Below, in pieces: positions 50,888-64,000 of a DNA stretch of 64,000 bases. The stretch comes from Octopus vulgaris (Eukaryota): positions 20,832,001 through 20,896,000 of the forward strand of contig OX597838.1 of the NCBI GenBank assembly GCA_951406725.2, written 5' to 3'. The first letter of the stretch is position 1. The number at the start of each line of letters is the position of its first letter. Under the pieces are notes generated by a model. It ran no database searches. It saw only the letters and a program-made list of their open reading frames with translations, and was not told the origin of the DNA. The position numbers were made by a program, and so were the translations under genes.

Positions 50888-52037
50888 TTAAAGGAGTGGT
50901 ATTGAATGAGTGCTTGTGTTATTAATATTGGCGTAATGACCCTCCCTTATCACAAAATTTATTTTAATATAACAGACTTACATGACGAATTTCGCCAACC
51001 AAATACAATAACGTAAAAGTTTGGAGTTATCTTTCTTAGATATGCTTTAACATTAGATAAGCGTTGGGGGTTATCTCCCCTTAAGTATTAGAACTATACG
51101 AAACAAACCTGTAGTAATGGTTCTAATTAGCATCAGAGAATCTTAGTGATTTTGTAAAATGTAATTTAATATTTTGTTGTATTTTGGGAGGACCATCACG
51201 CCAAGAATGATACTCACATATACTCTTTCAATTTCACTTCTTTATTATTTGTCAATCAGTAGCTACTTAACCAACAAACTAATGGATTGCTTGACAAATC
51301 ATTCCGTCAATTAGTTGTGTTTGTCCAAGTCCTTTCATCGCATTCATGGTCTCTTTAGTGACATGCCCTCTCGGGGACAACTAGAATCTTGCAAACCAAA
51401 CACAAAAACGAAAATCCAGACTAATACTTAGTGTCTTGAATAAACTGTCATTCACAATTTTCTTTTACATAAAATATTTTAAAACAAGTTATAAACTATA
51501 GTTTTCTACACATTTCCTACAGCTTTAGCTTTTTGTTAGTGAGGAGGATTGCTAGAAATCCAGCAGGACAAAAATACTTCTTTTGAAAGGATTGATGAAC
51601 TTAATGTAGGGTCAACAAGCAACTTGCAATAGTGTGGGGACTTAGGAATTCCTGGTTGATGCTCATCATGCTCTGAGTGAAGCACCCCTTAGCTTTTGTC
51701 TAGGCATGTCTCTAGGAGAAAGCACTATTTGTCCTTGGCTACATCAGCAATTTATTTAGGTGGGCAGTCTAGGTTTAGCAGCCAGGGAAGGTTAGGAGAA
51801 GGGCATCTTCAACCTTAAGCTCTTACAGTAAATAAGTCTAGCAGGGACCTTTGGGTTCTCTTACCCTATTCTTTCGAAAGACAGCTTAATCAAGCTGATA
51901 GCGATGATGTTAAAAGCTTAGAACGTCATTTATAGCTTTCATTGATCTTTCATCATTAAACATTATTTTATGTCAGTCATTCTGGTTTAGATATTATTCC
52001 TCTTCTTCCTCAAACTCCTCTATTTCTTTATTTTCAG

Positions 52038-52096
52038 ATGTTGATGGACCAAGCAAACAGATCTGTTTGCAAAAATATTAACAATTTTATAAAACA
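52038..52096 (+). CDS. ACAP: ACAP BAR-domain coding exon
   Basis: TTTTCAG acceptor, 59 nt, GTAAGT donor. MLMDQANRSVCKNINNFIK(Q) (compare ILFDQTQRSIKAQLQNFVKE). Ends in phase 2. Confidence 0.93.
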
Positions 52097-52131
52097 GTAA
52101 GTAATTTTGCATTTAGATTTGTGTATGTATT

Positions 52132-52164
<33 letters not shown>

Positions 52165-52627
52165 ATGTGTGTGAGTGCATGTGCACATGGGGTTGTTTCT
52201 ATGTATCTACATGTTTGTATGTTTTAGGAAGATGATGAAATTTGGGGGTTGATACTGATTTTTGAGATGTTTCTAATTTTGTTTTAATATTCAATCCACA
52301 TACCAGTCTATTGCCAAGAAGTGAACCAAGCTTGCTAAACAGACCCAATCACTGATTCTGGCTGTTTCACTATTTAACATTAACCATGGACATCCATGAA
52401 TTCTCTAGACCCTACTTGATGAAGTGTGACTTCAGAATTTTTTGAGAATGATTTTGGGACCAAGTATTCAGCTAAATGTGTTTGAAGTTTTCTTTAGATT
52501 TATCCTCAAAAGAGAGCATAGCTCTAGCAGGGAAGAATGAAATTTCCAGTAACTGATTGTAAATGGGTAGACTTATCATTTTTGCTTGGCTAATTTGTCT
52601 GTTTTTCCATCCCTTATCTTTCTTTAG

Positions 52628-52811
52628 AGATATCAGAAAAGTGAAAGAAGCAAAGAAATATTTTGAGAAAATCAGTGATGAGATGGACAATGCCTTGATA
52701 AAAAACTCTAATGCCCTTCGCAGCAAACCTCAGGAATGTGAGGATGCAACAAATGGATTGATAGCTATGAGTTCTGCTTTTGCACACAATTCTTTGGACT
52801 ATGTGTACCAG
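52628..52811 (+). CDS. ACAP: ACAP BAR-domain coding exon
   Basis: TTTAG acceptor, 184 nt, GTAACT donor. DIRKVKEAKKYFEKISDEMDNALIKNSNALRSKPQECEDATNGLIAMSSAFAHNSLDYVYQ is a clear ACAP BAR signature (KxFEKxSxExxNALxKN...LDYVxQ). Confidence 0.96.
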
Positions 52812-52924
52812 GTAACTACAAATCATCATGCTACTTACAATTGAGTTTTAGCATCACTTCTTCCTTTTTCTCTACTACTCATCTCTTCCATCTCTCTTCA
52901 TCTTTCTCTTCTCTCTTTATCTTC

Positions 52925-53440
52925 CCCTCCTACTTTTCGCGTCTCCTACCTCCTACTTTTCGCGTCTCCTACCTCCTACTTTTCGCGTCTCCTACCTCCT
53001 ACTTTTCGCGTCTCCTACCTCCTCCTTTTCGCGTCTCCTACCTCCTACTTTTCGCGTCTCATACCTCCTACTTTTCGCGTCTCCTACCTCCTACTTTTCG
53101 CGTCTCCTACCTCCTACTTTTCGCGTCTCCTACCTCCTCCTTTTCGCGTCTCCTACCTCCTACTTTTCGCGTCTCCTACCTCCTACATTTCGCGTCTCCT
53201 ACCTCCTACATTTCGCGTCTCCTACCTCCTACTTTTCGCGTCTCCTACCTCCTACTTTCCGCGTCTCCTACCTCCTACTTTCCGCGTCTCCTACCTCCTA
53301 CTTTTCGCGGCTCCAACCTCCTACTTTTCGCGGCTCCAACCCCCTACTTTTCGCGGCTCCTACCCCCTACTTTTCGCGGCTCCTACCCCCTACTTTTCGC
53401 GGCTCCTACCCCCTACTTTTCACGTCTCCTACCTCCTACT
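52925..53440. repeat. 23-bp minisatellite (ctcctacctcctacttttcgcgt), about 22 copies
   Basis: Direct inspection; variants accumulate toward the 3' end. Confidence 0.97.
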
Positions 53441-54875
53441 CACCACTTCTCCCTATCTTTTACCTCTCTCTCATGCTCCTTTCTCCTTTCCCCTCAACTC
53501 TCTCTCTGTCTCTCTCTCTCCCCTCTATTATTTCCTCACATAATCCTTATCTTCCCTATCTTACTCTCTTGTAATTCCAAATGTAGACATTAAGTAATCC
53601 ATATTATTTATTTATTATATTACTGTGGGTTAAACATTCCTGCAAATATTCGTATTTGCATATGTACTTCTACAGGTGTACAAATGACCTTTGTGTAAGT
53701 TTGATGTCTTTTCCTGGCTAATCTCAACCACATATCTGTAAGTGTGACAGAGTGAAGACCTAGGTTTTCTGTCATGTTTCTTGGGACTTTTAACAGATCC
53801 TTTCACTTTCATCGGCAGAGCGAGAAATTAATTTTTTGTAACTAAACACTTCCAAACTTCAGACACTGGTACAATGTGTCATATAAAACATCTTTTACTC
53901 TTAGCGTTGCCGAGAAAAGTTTCTATTTACGAAGTTATTTCATGTTAAAGTTGTCATATTTCGGTAATTTCAACCAATCAATGACGTGTATTCAGCTGAA
54001 TAAAATTACTGTCGTTGTTTGTTTAGTAAAATAATTCGTTATTATCCCTTTAGCTTTCACATTATTCTGTGAAAAGGGTAAAAACCCACTTCAGTTTTGA
54101 ATGACCGTGGAATTGTACCTTAGAAAGTTCCCCTCTGAGGCACAAGTCCAAGCAAGATTGTTTATGGAAGACCAGCAGTCGGTCATGCATACTGGCCTCT
54201 TTTCTCCATGCCACCGAGCTGCTTACCACACAGCTACACCTAGCGTAGTATATTGTGGTGATAATAATTTGAAAGAGTGTGTTTGAGTGTGTGTAACCAT
54301 GGTGGTTTAAACATTCTTTACTTTACTTACTTGTTTCAGTCATTTGACTGCGGCCATGCTGGAGCACTGCCTTTAGCCGAGCAAATCGACCCCAGGACTT
54401 ATTCTTTGTAAGCCTAGTACTTATTCTGTCGGTCTCTTTTGCCGAACTGCTAAGTTACGGGGACGTAAACACACCAGCATCGGTTGTCAAACGATGCTGG
54501 AGGAAAAAACACAGACACACAAACACACACACATATACATACGACGGGCTTCTTTCAGTTTCCGTCTACCAAATGCACTCTCAAGGCTTTGGTCAGCCCA
54601 AAGCTCTAGTAGAAGACACTTGCCCAAGGTGCCACGCAGTGGGAATGAACCCGGAACCATGTGGTTGGTAAGCAAGCTACTTACCACACAGCCACTCCTG
54701 CACCTGTTCATCTTGTGTGATTATTTTCATATTAATTCTTCTCAATGCATTGTGTGAGGTCATTATATATTAATTACTTGCTGTGCATTGCGTCTGGGTA
54801 TTATATCTTGCTTATTAAGCACTCTTTATTGTGTGTAGTATAAATGATGAGCATTTTAATTATTATGTATTCCAG

Positions 54876-54920
54876 ATCAATGTTCTGCGATTGAAGAAAC
54901 GATTTGATGTCTTAGAAACT
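54876..54920 (+). CDS. ACAP: ACAP BAR-domain coding exon
   Basis: TTCCAG acceptor, 45 nt, GTGAGT donor. INVLRLKKRFDVLET (compare INVLQSKRRSEILKS). Confidence 0.94.
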
Positions 54921-55777
54921 GTGAGTATATAAACTATATTGATTGATTTTTATCTGTAATTTGAGTATTGAACTGTGTTTGTGTCAGTATATAGTTTTAT
55001 TTTTTACTTGTCATTGAACTGTGGCCATGCTGGTGCACTGCCTTGAAGGGTATAGTTGAATAAATCAACCTAGTATTTATTTTCTTTTAAGCTTGGTGGT
55101 TATTCCGTCAGTCTCTTTTGCTGAACTGTTAAGTTATGAGGATGTAACCAAACCAATACAGGTTGTCAAGCACACACACACACGACAAGTTTCTTTCATT
55201 TTGCATCTTCCAAATCAGCTCACAAGACTTTGGTGGACCTGAGGCAGTTGTAGAGGACATTTACCCATGGTGTCGTGTCGTGGGACTGAACCCGAAACCA
55301 CATGGTTAGCAAAGTTTCCATGGCGTATATATTCTCCACCTGTGTCTGTGTTTGTACCCACCATCGCTTGACAACTGGTGTTGCTGTGTCTACATCCCCA
55401 TAACTTAGTGGTTCAGCAAAAGAGATCAATAAAATAAGTACTAGGCTTAAGAAAATAAGTCCTGCAGTCGATATATTCAACTAAAAAAACAAAACCTTGA
55501 AGGTGGTGCTCCAGCATGGCCACAGTCAAAGGACTGAAACAAATGAAAGATAATAAAGTAATTTTTTACTTTTTTTACTTGTCTGAATTTTTTTTTTTAA
55601 TCTAGTGTAGCTCTTTTAAAATCATTGAGACTCCTTTTGATTTATTGGTCCCTTTTAAATTTTAAAATGATATTAAATTTGACTCTTTCCAGACAACCCA
55701 ATACTAACGATTGATATGAATATTTCATCAGCCATCACGAATGTTTATCTCTAAACTTTTTGCATTTTTTATTGCAG

Positions 55778-55873
55778 ATGTTATCTTTCATGAATGCTCA
55801 GAATACATACTTTCATCAGGGCCATGACCTTTTCATCGATTTAGACCCTTACGTCAAGAATGTCAGAGACCAG
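55778..55873 (+). CDS. ACAP: ACAP BAR-domain coding exon (last visible; PH, ArfGAP and ankyrin exons not found in the window)
   Basis: TTGCAG acceptor, 96 nt, GTCAGT donor. MLSFMNAQNTYFHQGHDLFIDLDPYVKNVRDQ (compare MLSFMYAHLAFFHQGYDLFSELGPYMKDLGAQ). Confidence 0.95.
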
Positions 55874-57550
55874 GTCAGTTTAAATTTCTGTTACATACCA
55901 ACATATATTTACATTATGTCTTTTTTTATCTTTTTCACTTGTTTCTGTCATTTGACTGCGGCCATGCTGGGGACATCACCTTGAAATTTTAATCAGATGT
56001 ATAGACCCTGGTACTTATTTTTTAAAGCTTGGTACTTACTCTATTGGTCTCTTTTGCCAAACCACTAAGTTATAGGGATGTAAACAGCAACAACAGTTGT
56101 CGAGTTGTGGTGAGTGACAAACACACACACACAAAGAAACATACACACACATATACATATATATGATGAGCTTCTTTTAGTTTCCGTCTATCAAATCCAC
56201 TCACAAGGCTTTGGTCGGCCAGAGGCTATAGTAGAAGACACTTGCCCAAGATGCCATGCAGTGGGACTGAACAATCAATCAATAAATGGAGGCTGTGTTT
56301 CCATCTAAATTCCACTTGCAAAGAATTAGTCATCCTGAGTTTATTGTGGAGGATATTTGCCCTCACTGTGCACTCACTGGAGTAAGTGGCAACTCATTGT
56401 GGGGCCAGTGAATAGCAGGAACAATCTTCAGGGGAAGGACTCTCGTCAAACAAGTGTTTCAGCTCATTAGTTCTTGAGACTCTAAGGGGGTTGGGCCCAC
56501 TTAGATCATGACTCATAAGATGTCCTTCTGCTGTTTTCAAAATGCTACCTTTAGTAGAGATTGAACTCAAAGCCTTTGGGTGATCTTCTTTCCCCTGAAC
56601 TGTTTTATATATCACCTGGCCACAAAGACCATCAAAAGTACCTGCATGGTGCTTCTGTTTCAATCTGGGTTTCCTTCCTACTATTCTCTGTTTAGTAGCC
56701 TGCAGTATTCTTTTCCGGCACTAGCTGTTGTTTCGCTTTTCCCATAGTCATATAGAGATCAGAACCACGTGCTTGCAAATTGAACTCCGTGACCCCACAG
56801 CCATAACCACACACACACAAACACACACATGCACGCACACAATCTTTTATATTTCATAAAGTATACAAGCACTTGATATACAATTGATATGTTTTCATCC
56901 TGGTAACTGCCCCTTTTATCATGAGAAAAAACAGTGGATAACTCTATTGTCATTGCTGCTGCTGCTAATATTGTTAAACACTGTGTCTTCTTTGGTGGTA
57001 GAAGGGTAAAGTTACGGTAGTAGTAGGACAGTGGAGCTATTGTTAACATTACAAAGAGCTGTGTTGTGTGAGTGTAGCTGTGTGAGACATGTGTTTCGCT
57101 GAAAGTGTCATTAAATAAACGAGAAATAATTATACCTTAACTTCACTCTCGTACAACATTTAAATCAGTTCCTATATGTTTGGGACATATTTGATCTGTT
57201 CTAAGACCATAAACATTTGTTTCCTTATAGTAAATCAGTATCAAAACATGAGCTGATTACATACGATGTGAGCCTGGTAGCATGGGGACATGTGCTGTAA
57301 CAGTGCATCACTGCACTGCGTCCATCATCTCTTGGTGATTCCCTACTCCTGGTGGATGACACCTTTGTGCCACTCAGGATATTTATAGCTTTTAATGTGG
57401 AGGATGCCTCAACAGCCTGATTATGTTGTGTGTGTGTGTGAGACAGGCAGGTTTAGAAAGGTTCAGGGGTAAACTGAAAGGATATTTTCGATGGGTATTT
57501 GTCCTCATCTTGTTTGTAGCTAACACAACGTTTCGGCTTATATACCCTCC

Positions 57551-57650
57551 GGGCATATGTTGTAGTGGTTAAGAACACAGGCTACTAACCCCAAGATTCC
57601 GAGTTCGATTCCAAGCAGTGACCTGAACAATAACAATAATAATAATAATA
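57551..57650 (+). mobile_element. Short tRNA-derived element with (AAT)n tail
   Basis: tgtagtggttaag A-box and gagttcgattc B-box with a degenerate cloverleaf; inserted next to a pLTR-like fragment. Confidence 0.6.
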
Positions 57651-59866
57651 ATGAAAGGATATTTATTTTATCTCACAGTTTATGAACAAGTCATTCTCTA
57701 AGGGATAAGATCATGGTAAAAGAGTTCAAGTGATGCTGGCTCAATGGTTAGACCATCGGGCTCACAGTCATGAAGTGGTAAGTTCGATTCTTGGACTGGG
57801 CTGTGTTGTATTCTTGAGCAAGACACTTTATTTTTCCTGTTGCTCCAGTTCACTCAGCTGTAGAAATTAGTTGCAATGTCACTGGTGCCAAGCTGTATCG
57901 GCCCCTTAGCTTTTCCCTTGGATAACATTGGCGGTGCGGAGAAGGGAGGCTGGTATGCATGGGCAACTGCTGGTCTTCCATAAACAACCTTGCCCGGACT
58001 TGTGCCTTGGAGGAGAACTTTCTAGGTGCAATCCCATGGTCAGTCATGACTAAAGGGAATCTTTACCCTTATAGTCTAGTCTCCAGGCTAGGTGGAACTC
58101 TCCAGCCCTGTAAGGCAGTTCGCTTATATGAAGGCCACTCCAATGTAAAACTAACAGCATGCTGGACACTGTTGCCCTTGTGGCCCACTGTGCCACTGTG
58201 GTCAGACTTCCAAGTGGGATTGGAATGAGTGACTGACTCCCATTTTAAAACCATTTAACACTGCCTGGGAGACAAGCCCTGCAGCATCAATGATTAATTT
58301 ACAAAACCACTTGAAGGTGTGGCACTGTTCGTCATGGTCCTTAGACACACAGGAACTGCCATCATCATAGTCTAATCAGCTCAAGAAAAATCTATTTCTC
58401 TGCCAATCCCTTTGGTGTTATGAAAAAGTTACATTCTCACTTCATAGTAGTTGCTGTGGTAGTGACAGCGGCAGAATTGGTTGTGAGTCATCCAATGGCC
58501 ATATCTGATAATCGAAGCATTACTGAAGACCTTGTAGAAGTTCTCATTCGGTTGGTTAACGAGAGGAGTTTTTCCTTTGGTTCTGGATCTATTTCCCTAC
58601 CACCTTCTGCTATTTGTCAGAGTTTAACTCAGTATTTTGTAGCTTAATCAAACATCTTGCTAATGTTTAGAGTCGTTAAGGTGGCGAGCTGGCAGAACTC
58701 TCTATGTATGGAGTTGCTTGTGTGTTGTGTGTCTGTTTGTCTTTTGTTGTTGTGTCACAGAAAAAAAAAATCTGATGTAAAGAAAAATTTGTTGCTCTTC
58801 AAATAATCTTATGATATTTGTTTAGAAAAAAGTTCAGACAGTCTGTCCTGATTATGATTGTCATAAATGTGGTGAAGTAGAAATTTGTTCTTTGGTGACC
58901 CGTAATGATTCATCGTCATTGCCATGCACACTTTTCTTTTCTTGCATGGTTCGGATGGAATTTATTGAGGTAGATTTTCTATGACTGGGTGCTCTTCCTG
59001 TTACCAGCCCTCACCTGTTTCCAAGTGAGCTGATATAGGTGTAGGCATGGCTGTATAGTAAGAAGATTACTTTCCAACTACATGGTTTTGGGTTCAGTCC
59101 CAGTGTGTGGCACCAAGGGCAAGTGTCTTGTACAATAGTCTCGGGCTGACTAAAGTCTTGTGAGTGGATTTCATGGATGGAAACTGAAAGAAGCCCATTG
59201 TGTATATATATATATATATGTATATATTTATGTATGTCTTTGTTTGTCTTCTCACCTTCACTTGACAACCGATGGTGGCATGCTTATGTCCCAGTAAAAG
59301 AGAATAAGTACTTGGCTTAAAAAGAACAAGTCCTGAGGTCGATTTCTTTAAGGCAGCGCTCCAGCATGGCCACAGTCAAATTTCTGTAGTATGTAAATGA
59401 ATATCTCCTTGGCCTAGAATATTGGAAATGAATGACACTGCTTGTATGACAGTGACACTCATTTACATCTATCAAGCAATGTCAAGACAAGTAGATGCAC
59501 ACATGCACGTGTGTGACAGGCCTATTTCAGTTTCCGGCTACCAAATCCACCCACGAAATTTTGGATGGGCTATAATACTAGACAGCCGCCTGAGATCTGA
59601 GATGTCACACAGTGGGACTGAACCCAGGGCCACACAATTGGAAAGCAAACTTCTTACCACACAGCCACTCGTGTACTTCTCCCTTGAAACAAATAAAGAA
59701 GATCTATATATGGCTGTGTGGTAAGTAGTTTGCTTTCCAACTAGATGGTTCCGGGTTCAGTCCCACTGCATGGCACCTTGGGCAAGTGTCTTCTACTATA
59801 GCTTCAGGCCGACCAATGCCTTGTGAGTGGATTTGGTAGATGGAAACTGAAAGAAGCCTGTTGTGT

Positions 59867-59920
<54 letters not shown>

Positions 59921-61710
59921 AAATGTATGTATGTATATGTATGTATGTATGTATGTATGTGTTTGTGTGTCTGTGTTTGACCCCTCACCATCGCTTGACA
60001 ACTTATGTTGGTGTGTTTTATATCCCTGTGACTTAGTGGTTTGGCAAAAGACACCGATAGAATAAGCACTAGACTTACAAAGAATAAATCCAGGGGGGTC
60101 AATTTGTTTGACTAAAAAGACAGTGCTCCAGTATGGCCGCAGTCAAGTGACTGAAACAAGTAATACAATAAAAAAATGAACTGTGGAATGGCCACTGTTA
60201 ACACGTTTCTCATTTATTACAGGTTTTCTGTCCACTTCCTTCTCACCTTTCTTCTTACTCACCTTCATTGTTAACAAAACACCTGAAAGTCAAACTGTTT
60301 GTTAAATCCTGTCACACCATGCCCCTTGTTTCTGCTTTCCAGCTAACCCCTTTCCCCTCTTTTTTTTTTTCTTCCTTTTCCCTACATTTTTCCAGTGCTT
60401 AGATTTTTCTCTCAGCCACACAGTCCCATACCTTACACACACATACACACACACATAGAAAATTACTATTTGTAAATCTCTCAACAAGAGACAGACATTC
60501 AGTAACAGTACTCTAGAGTATGTTTACCTATTTCTTTATTACCCACAAGGGGCTAAACACAGAGAGGACAAACAAGGACAGACAAACGGATGAAGTTGAT
60601 TATATCGACCCCAGTGCATAACTGGTACTTATTTAATCGCCCCCGAAAGGATGAAAGGCAAAGTCGGCCTCGCTGGCAAATAATCTTTACTATATATATA
60701 TATATATATATATATGCATAGGTGCAGGATTGGCTGTGTGGTAAATAGCTTGCTTACCAACCACATGGTTCCGGGTTCAGTCCCACTGCATGGCATCTTG
60801 GACAAGTGTTTTCAGGCCAACCAAAGCCTTGTAAGTGAATTTGGTAGATGGAAACTGAAAGAAGCCCGTCATACCCACAACCTTTACCAGCGACTTACTG
60901 CACACCCACAAATCCATACATACACAAACATAAACAGACATACACATGCAAACATGCATAATACATACACACATACATAAACATATCTATATATACACAC
61001 ACATATACAAACATACACACTCACATGAACACAAACATACATAATACACTTAGGCATACATACATACCTATACATACACTCATGCACACACCACCACTGT
61101 TACAGCTAACTTCACTTGTCCTGCCACCACTATTACTAATACTACCAATAACACTGTCACCACCACCACATCCATCACAACCACCACCACCATCACCAAA
61201 CACATTTATGTCCATCCACCCATAAAATTATTTAACACTATTTTTGTTTCCTTTGCTTGTCAAACATGGATGTATCCACCTGCACCTGTGCTCCACCGCT
61301 CCTACCTTCTTTGCCATCCTCTACCATCCACCCCTTGCCTTCATATTCATGGCCACCCTGTGGACTTCAGGGTGGTAGGTAATGATCTCTTTACTCAAAA
61401 ATTACACCTTGCCACCACCACCACCATCAAGGAAACCAGCCCTTGTTCAACTTGTGTTCATGACACCCTGTGTACTTGAGGAAGAGTGGATTGACAATGG
61501 CTACCCAACCCTCTTCCACCCTTGTCTTCACACTCTTGGCCATGCTGTGTGGAGGCTTGGTTACAGGGATCCATCCCACTCCATACACACTGTACATGAG
61601 ACTACCACCACCACCACCACCATCACCTTTGTCCTCATTCATGGTCACCTCTGTATCTGAGGGCGAAGCGGAGGTGGAGCAGGGGGGGGCAATTCTGATA
61701 CACCTCTGCA

Positions 61711-61743
<33 letters not shown>

Positions 61744-61850
61744 CACCTCCACCCCATCCTCATGGTATTAGCTATCACTGTCAGGAGGTGAAGGAGAAAG
61801 AACTATCAGCTGTTTGCTTTATTGTCTTGGGTGATTCATGTCCTCTTGTT

Positions 61851-61883
<33 letters not shown>

Positions 61884-64000
61884 TGGTGGTAGCAGTCAGT
61901 TCACCTCACCCTCTCTCCTTCTCTCTTCACTGCTCCTTCAACTCCTGTATTGATCTTGCTGTTCCTCTCACCACCACTCAGATGGAAGAGAGTGACATAA
62001 GCTAAAAATTGATTGAAAAAAATTCAACTGAAGGATTAGTGCACACGTGTGTGTGTGTGTGTATGTGTGTGTGTGTATTTCTTTCATTTTTTTCCTTTTC
62101 TCTTACATTATGTATACATATCTGTGTGTATATGTGTTTGTCTGTGTCCATATCTATCTGTGTGTGTATGTGTGTGTGTGTGGCTGCACATGCAGATAAC
62201 TGTGTGTGTGTGTCTGCACTGTGTGTTGGGAGAGAACAAGAGTTTGTATTGTAAGCATAGAATAAATTATTAGTGTGTGTATGTTCAGTTTTGACATGTG
62301 TGGATATGTATGTACATGACACAATATACATATATATATATACACCCTTCTAGATTTACTTACAGCGTTTGTCTATCCTGTGTGTCCACCACAAGCCACC
62401 TGACACTCTGTGTATACACACACACCTCTTTATTCTATTCCGCCTGCTCTGGATGTTCCCTATAGTGTACTTAACTATTGCTTATAACTTGCAGAATGCT
62501 TGCCATGTGCAACAGTCTACAGGCACTTCTCTCTCTCTCTTTCTCTCTCTCCCTATCTATCTCTTTGCCTTCCGGCTGTCTGCGTTGCCCTTGGCAACCA
62601 TTTGCTTCCTTGGCAGTGGAGTGCAGCATGCTACATGTTACTCTGCTGCCGGCTTACGACAACACCACTCGGAGTGGAGCAAGCAGTGTTGTCTCGTTTT
62701 TCTCCCCGTCTCACTCGTTTCATGCTTACTCACCTCGTGCCTCCACAGACCTCCTCACTCCTGCGTAATCCATCGCCTCTTTCAATTACACCGACTGGAG
62801 ATTAGATCGAAGGAGATGTACAGCCTTCTGTATGGATAAACACATGTACACATTCACACATACATATATACGCATGTATGTGCATATGTGCACTTTGGCT
62901 GCAGCCGGGAATGGTAGTACTATTATTAAGAATGCATGTGGATTATTGTGAAGTAGGATCAATCTGATTGAGGTATAGTCTTACCTTAATGAATCTATCT
63001 CACAGACAAATCAGGGGGAGAAAAAATAATAATAAAAGAAAAGAACAATAACAAAAAAAACATAAAAACCCCTCCATCGGCCTACCTACTTCCTCGGTAT
63101 TCTTTTTATTTTTGTATCACTTGTTTTTACATGGATCTTACGAGTTCCTGCTTCGAGGTAAACTAATTAAATCCAGGTGGGTGTTTTTTGAGCTTGTCTT
63201 CGTTTGTGTTTATGTTTTCTTTGCTTAATAGCTCTTTGTTGCTGTTGTCTAATTCAGCCCTGGCAGAAGGGGTTCAAGTTGAGTCTGTTTTCATTTTTGC
63301 CAACAAAGTAACAAAGTCGATAAATACGCCCTGTTTCCATTGTCTTTTTCATAACTTCTGTAATAGTAGATATAGCACTGTTAGTGTCTCGGTGGCTGTT
63401 GTTTAACCCCAGGTAAATTTCTGGTCCCGCAGACCTATGATTCCAGTCATGACCATCCAATCCCATCTTGGATGTATTTCTTGATTTACAATCTTTCTTT
63501 TTTTTGGTTTTTTTTAGACAGTAAGGTGTGATTTATTAAAAATTTGGCTGCTATTTCTCACACGTCAACTAACAAGGACATAAACTAATTATCTCTTGTT
63601 TGTCAAAGTTTTTTTTTTTTTGTATTTCATTATCATAGCAATGAAGCAAAAAGTAAATACAATACCTCTCAATCCACCTGTCATTCTTTCTGTCTACCTA
63701 CCCATCTCTCTATCTACCTACCCTTCTCACTGTCTCTATCTGTCTGTCTGCCTATCCTTCCCTCCCCATCCATTCATTCATTCTCAGGCATGCCTCCATC
63801 CATCCATCCATCCATCCAGTCTCTCTATAATGGTTACATGGAGCATGTGTGAATTAACCACCTTTATTCCGCCTCACCCCACAAATCACAATGCTCATTG
63901 TAAGGGCTACATAGTTCTCTTCTGACCTCTTTAAGTTACTTGCTTTCTTTCTTTCCCTTTATTCTTTATGGTTCATGTGTTTGTGTGTCATCTAAATATA

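Noticed and set aside
52841-53593. 250-aa ORF
   Set aside because: It is the translation of the 23-bp minisatellite, which lacks stops on this strand.
55874-64000. Next ACAP exon (end of BAR, ...EME..H...)
   Set aside because: Searched by eye; no GT-AG bounded match found, so it is presumed to lie beyond the window.

Overview
This is AT-rich, repeat-saturated eukaryotic DNA. The SINE families and microsatellite load point to a coleoid cephalopod, probably Octopus (inferred from family recognition, not a database search). The only well-supported host gene is an ACAP/centaurin-beta ArfGAP on the + strand. Seven small GT-AG exons (1296-1354, 4140-4200, 49074-49127, 52038-52096, 52628-52811, 54876-54920, 55778-55873) splice in frame into 186 codons of the N-terminal BAR domain; the gene starts before and continues after the window, and one intron is about 44.9 kb. 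The introns hold dozens of tRNA-derived SINEs, CR1/RTE/R4-like LINE remnants, a Penelope-like GIY-YIG remnant, mariner/pogo/piggyBac/hAT-type MITEs, a Helitron, a truncated tRNA-Glu, minisatellites and a 1.5-kb tandem duplication. The most unusual item is a fold-back element (about 28829-30108). One arm is expanded into 27 tandem 43-bp units, each carrying a variant hammerhead-ribozyme core (CCGAUGA...GAAA), and only the last unit has a cleavage-site strand. Other leads are further hammerhead-like fold-backs, a candidate 18-nt in-frame microexon, and a set of splice signals suggesting a nested antisense transcript near 61.4-63 kb. Almost all ORFs in the supplied track are microsatellite or SINE artefacts.
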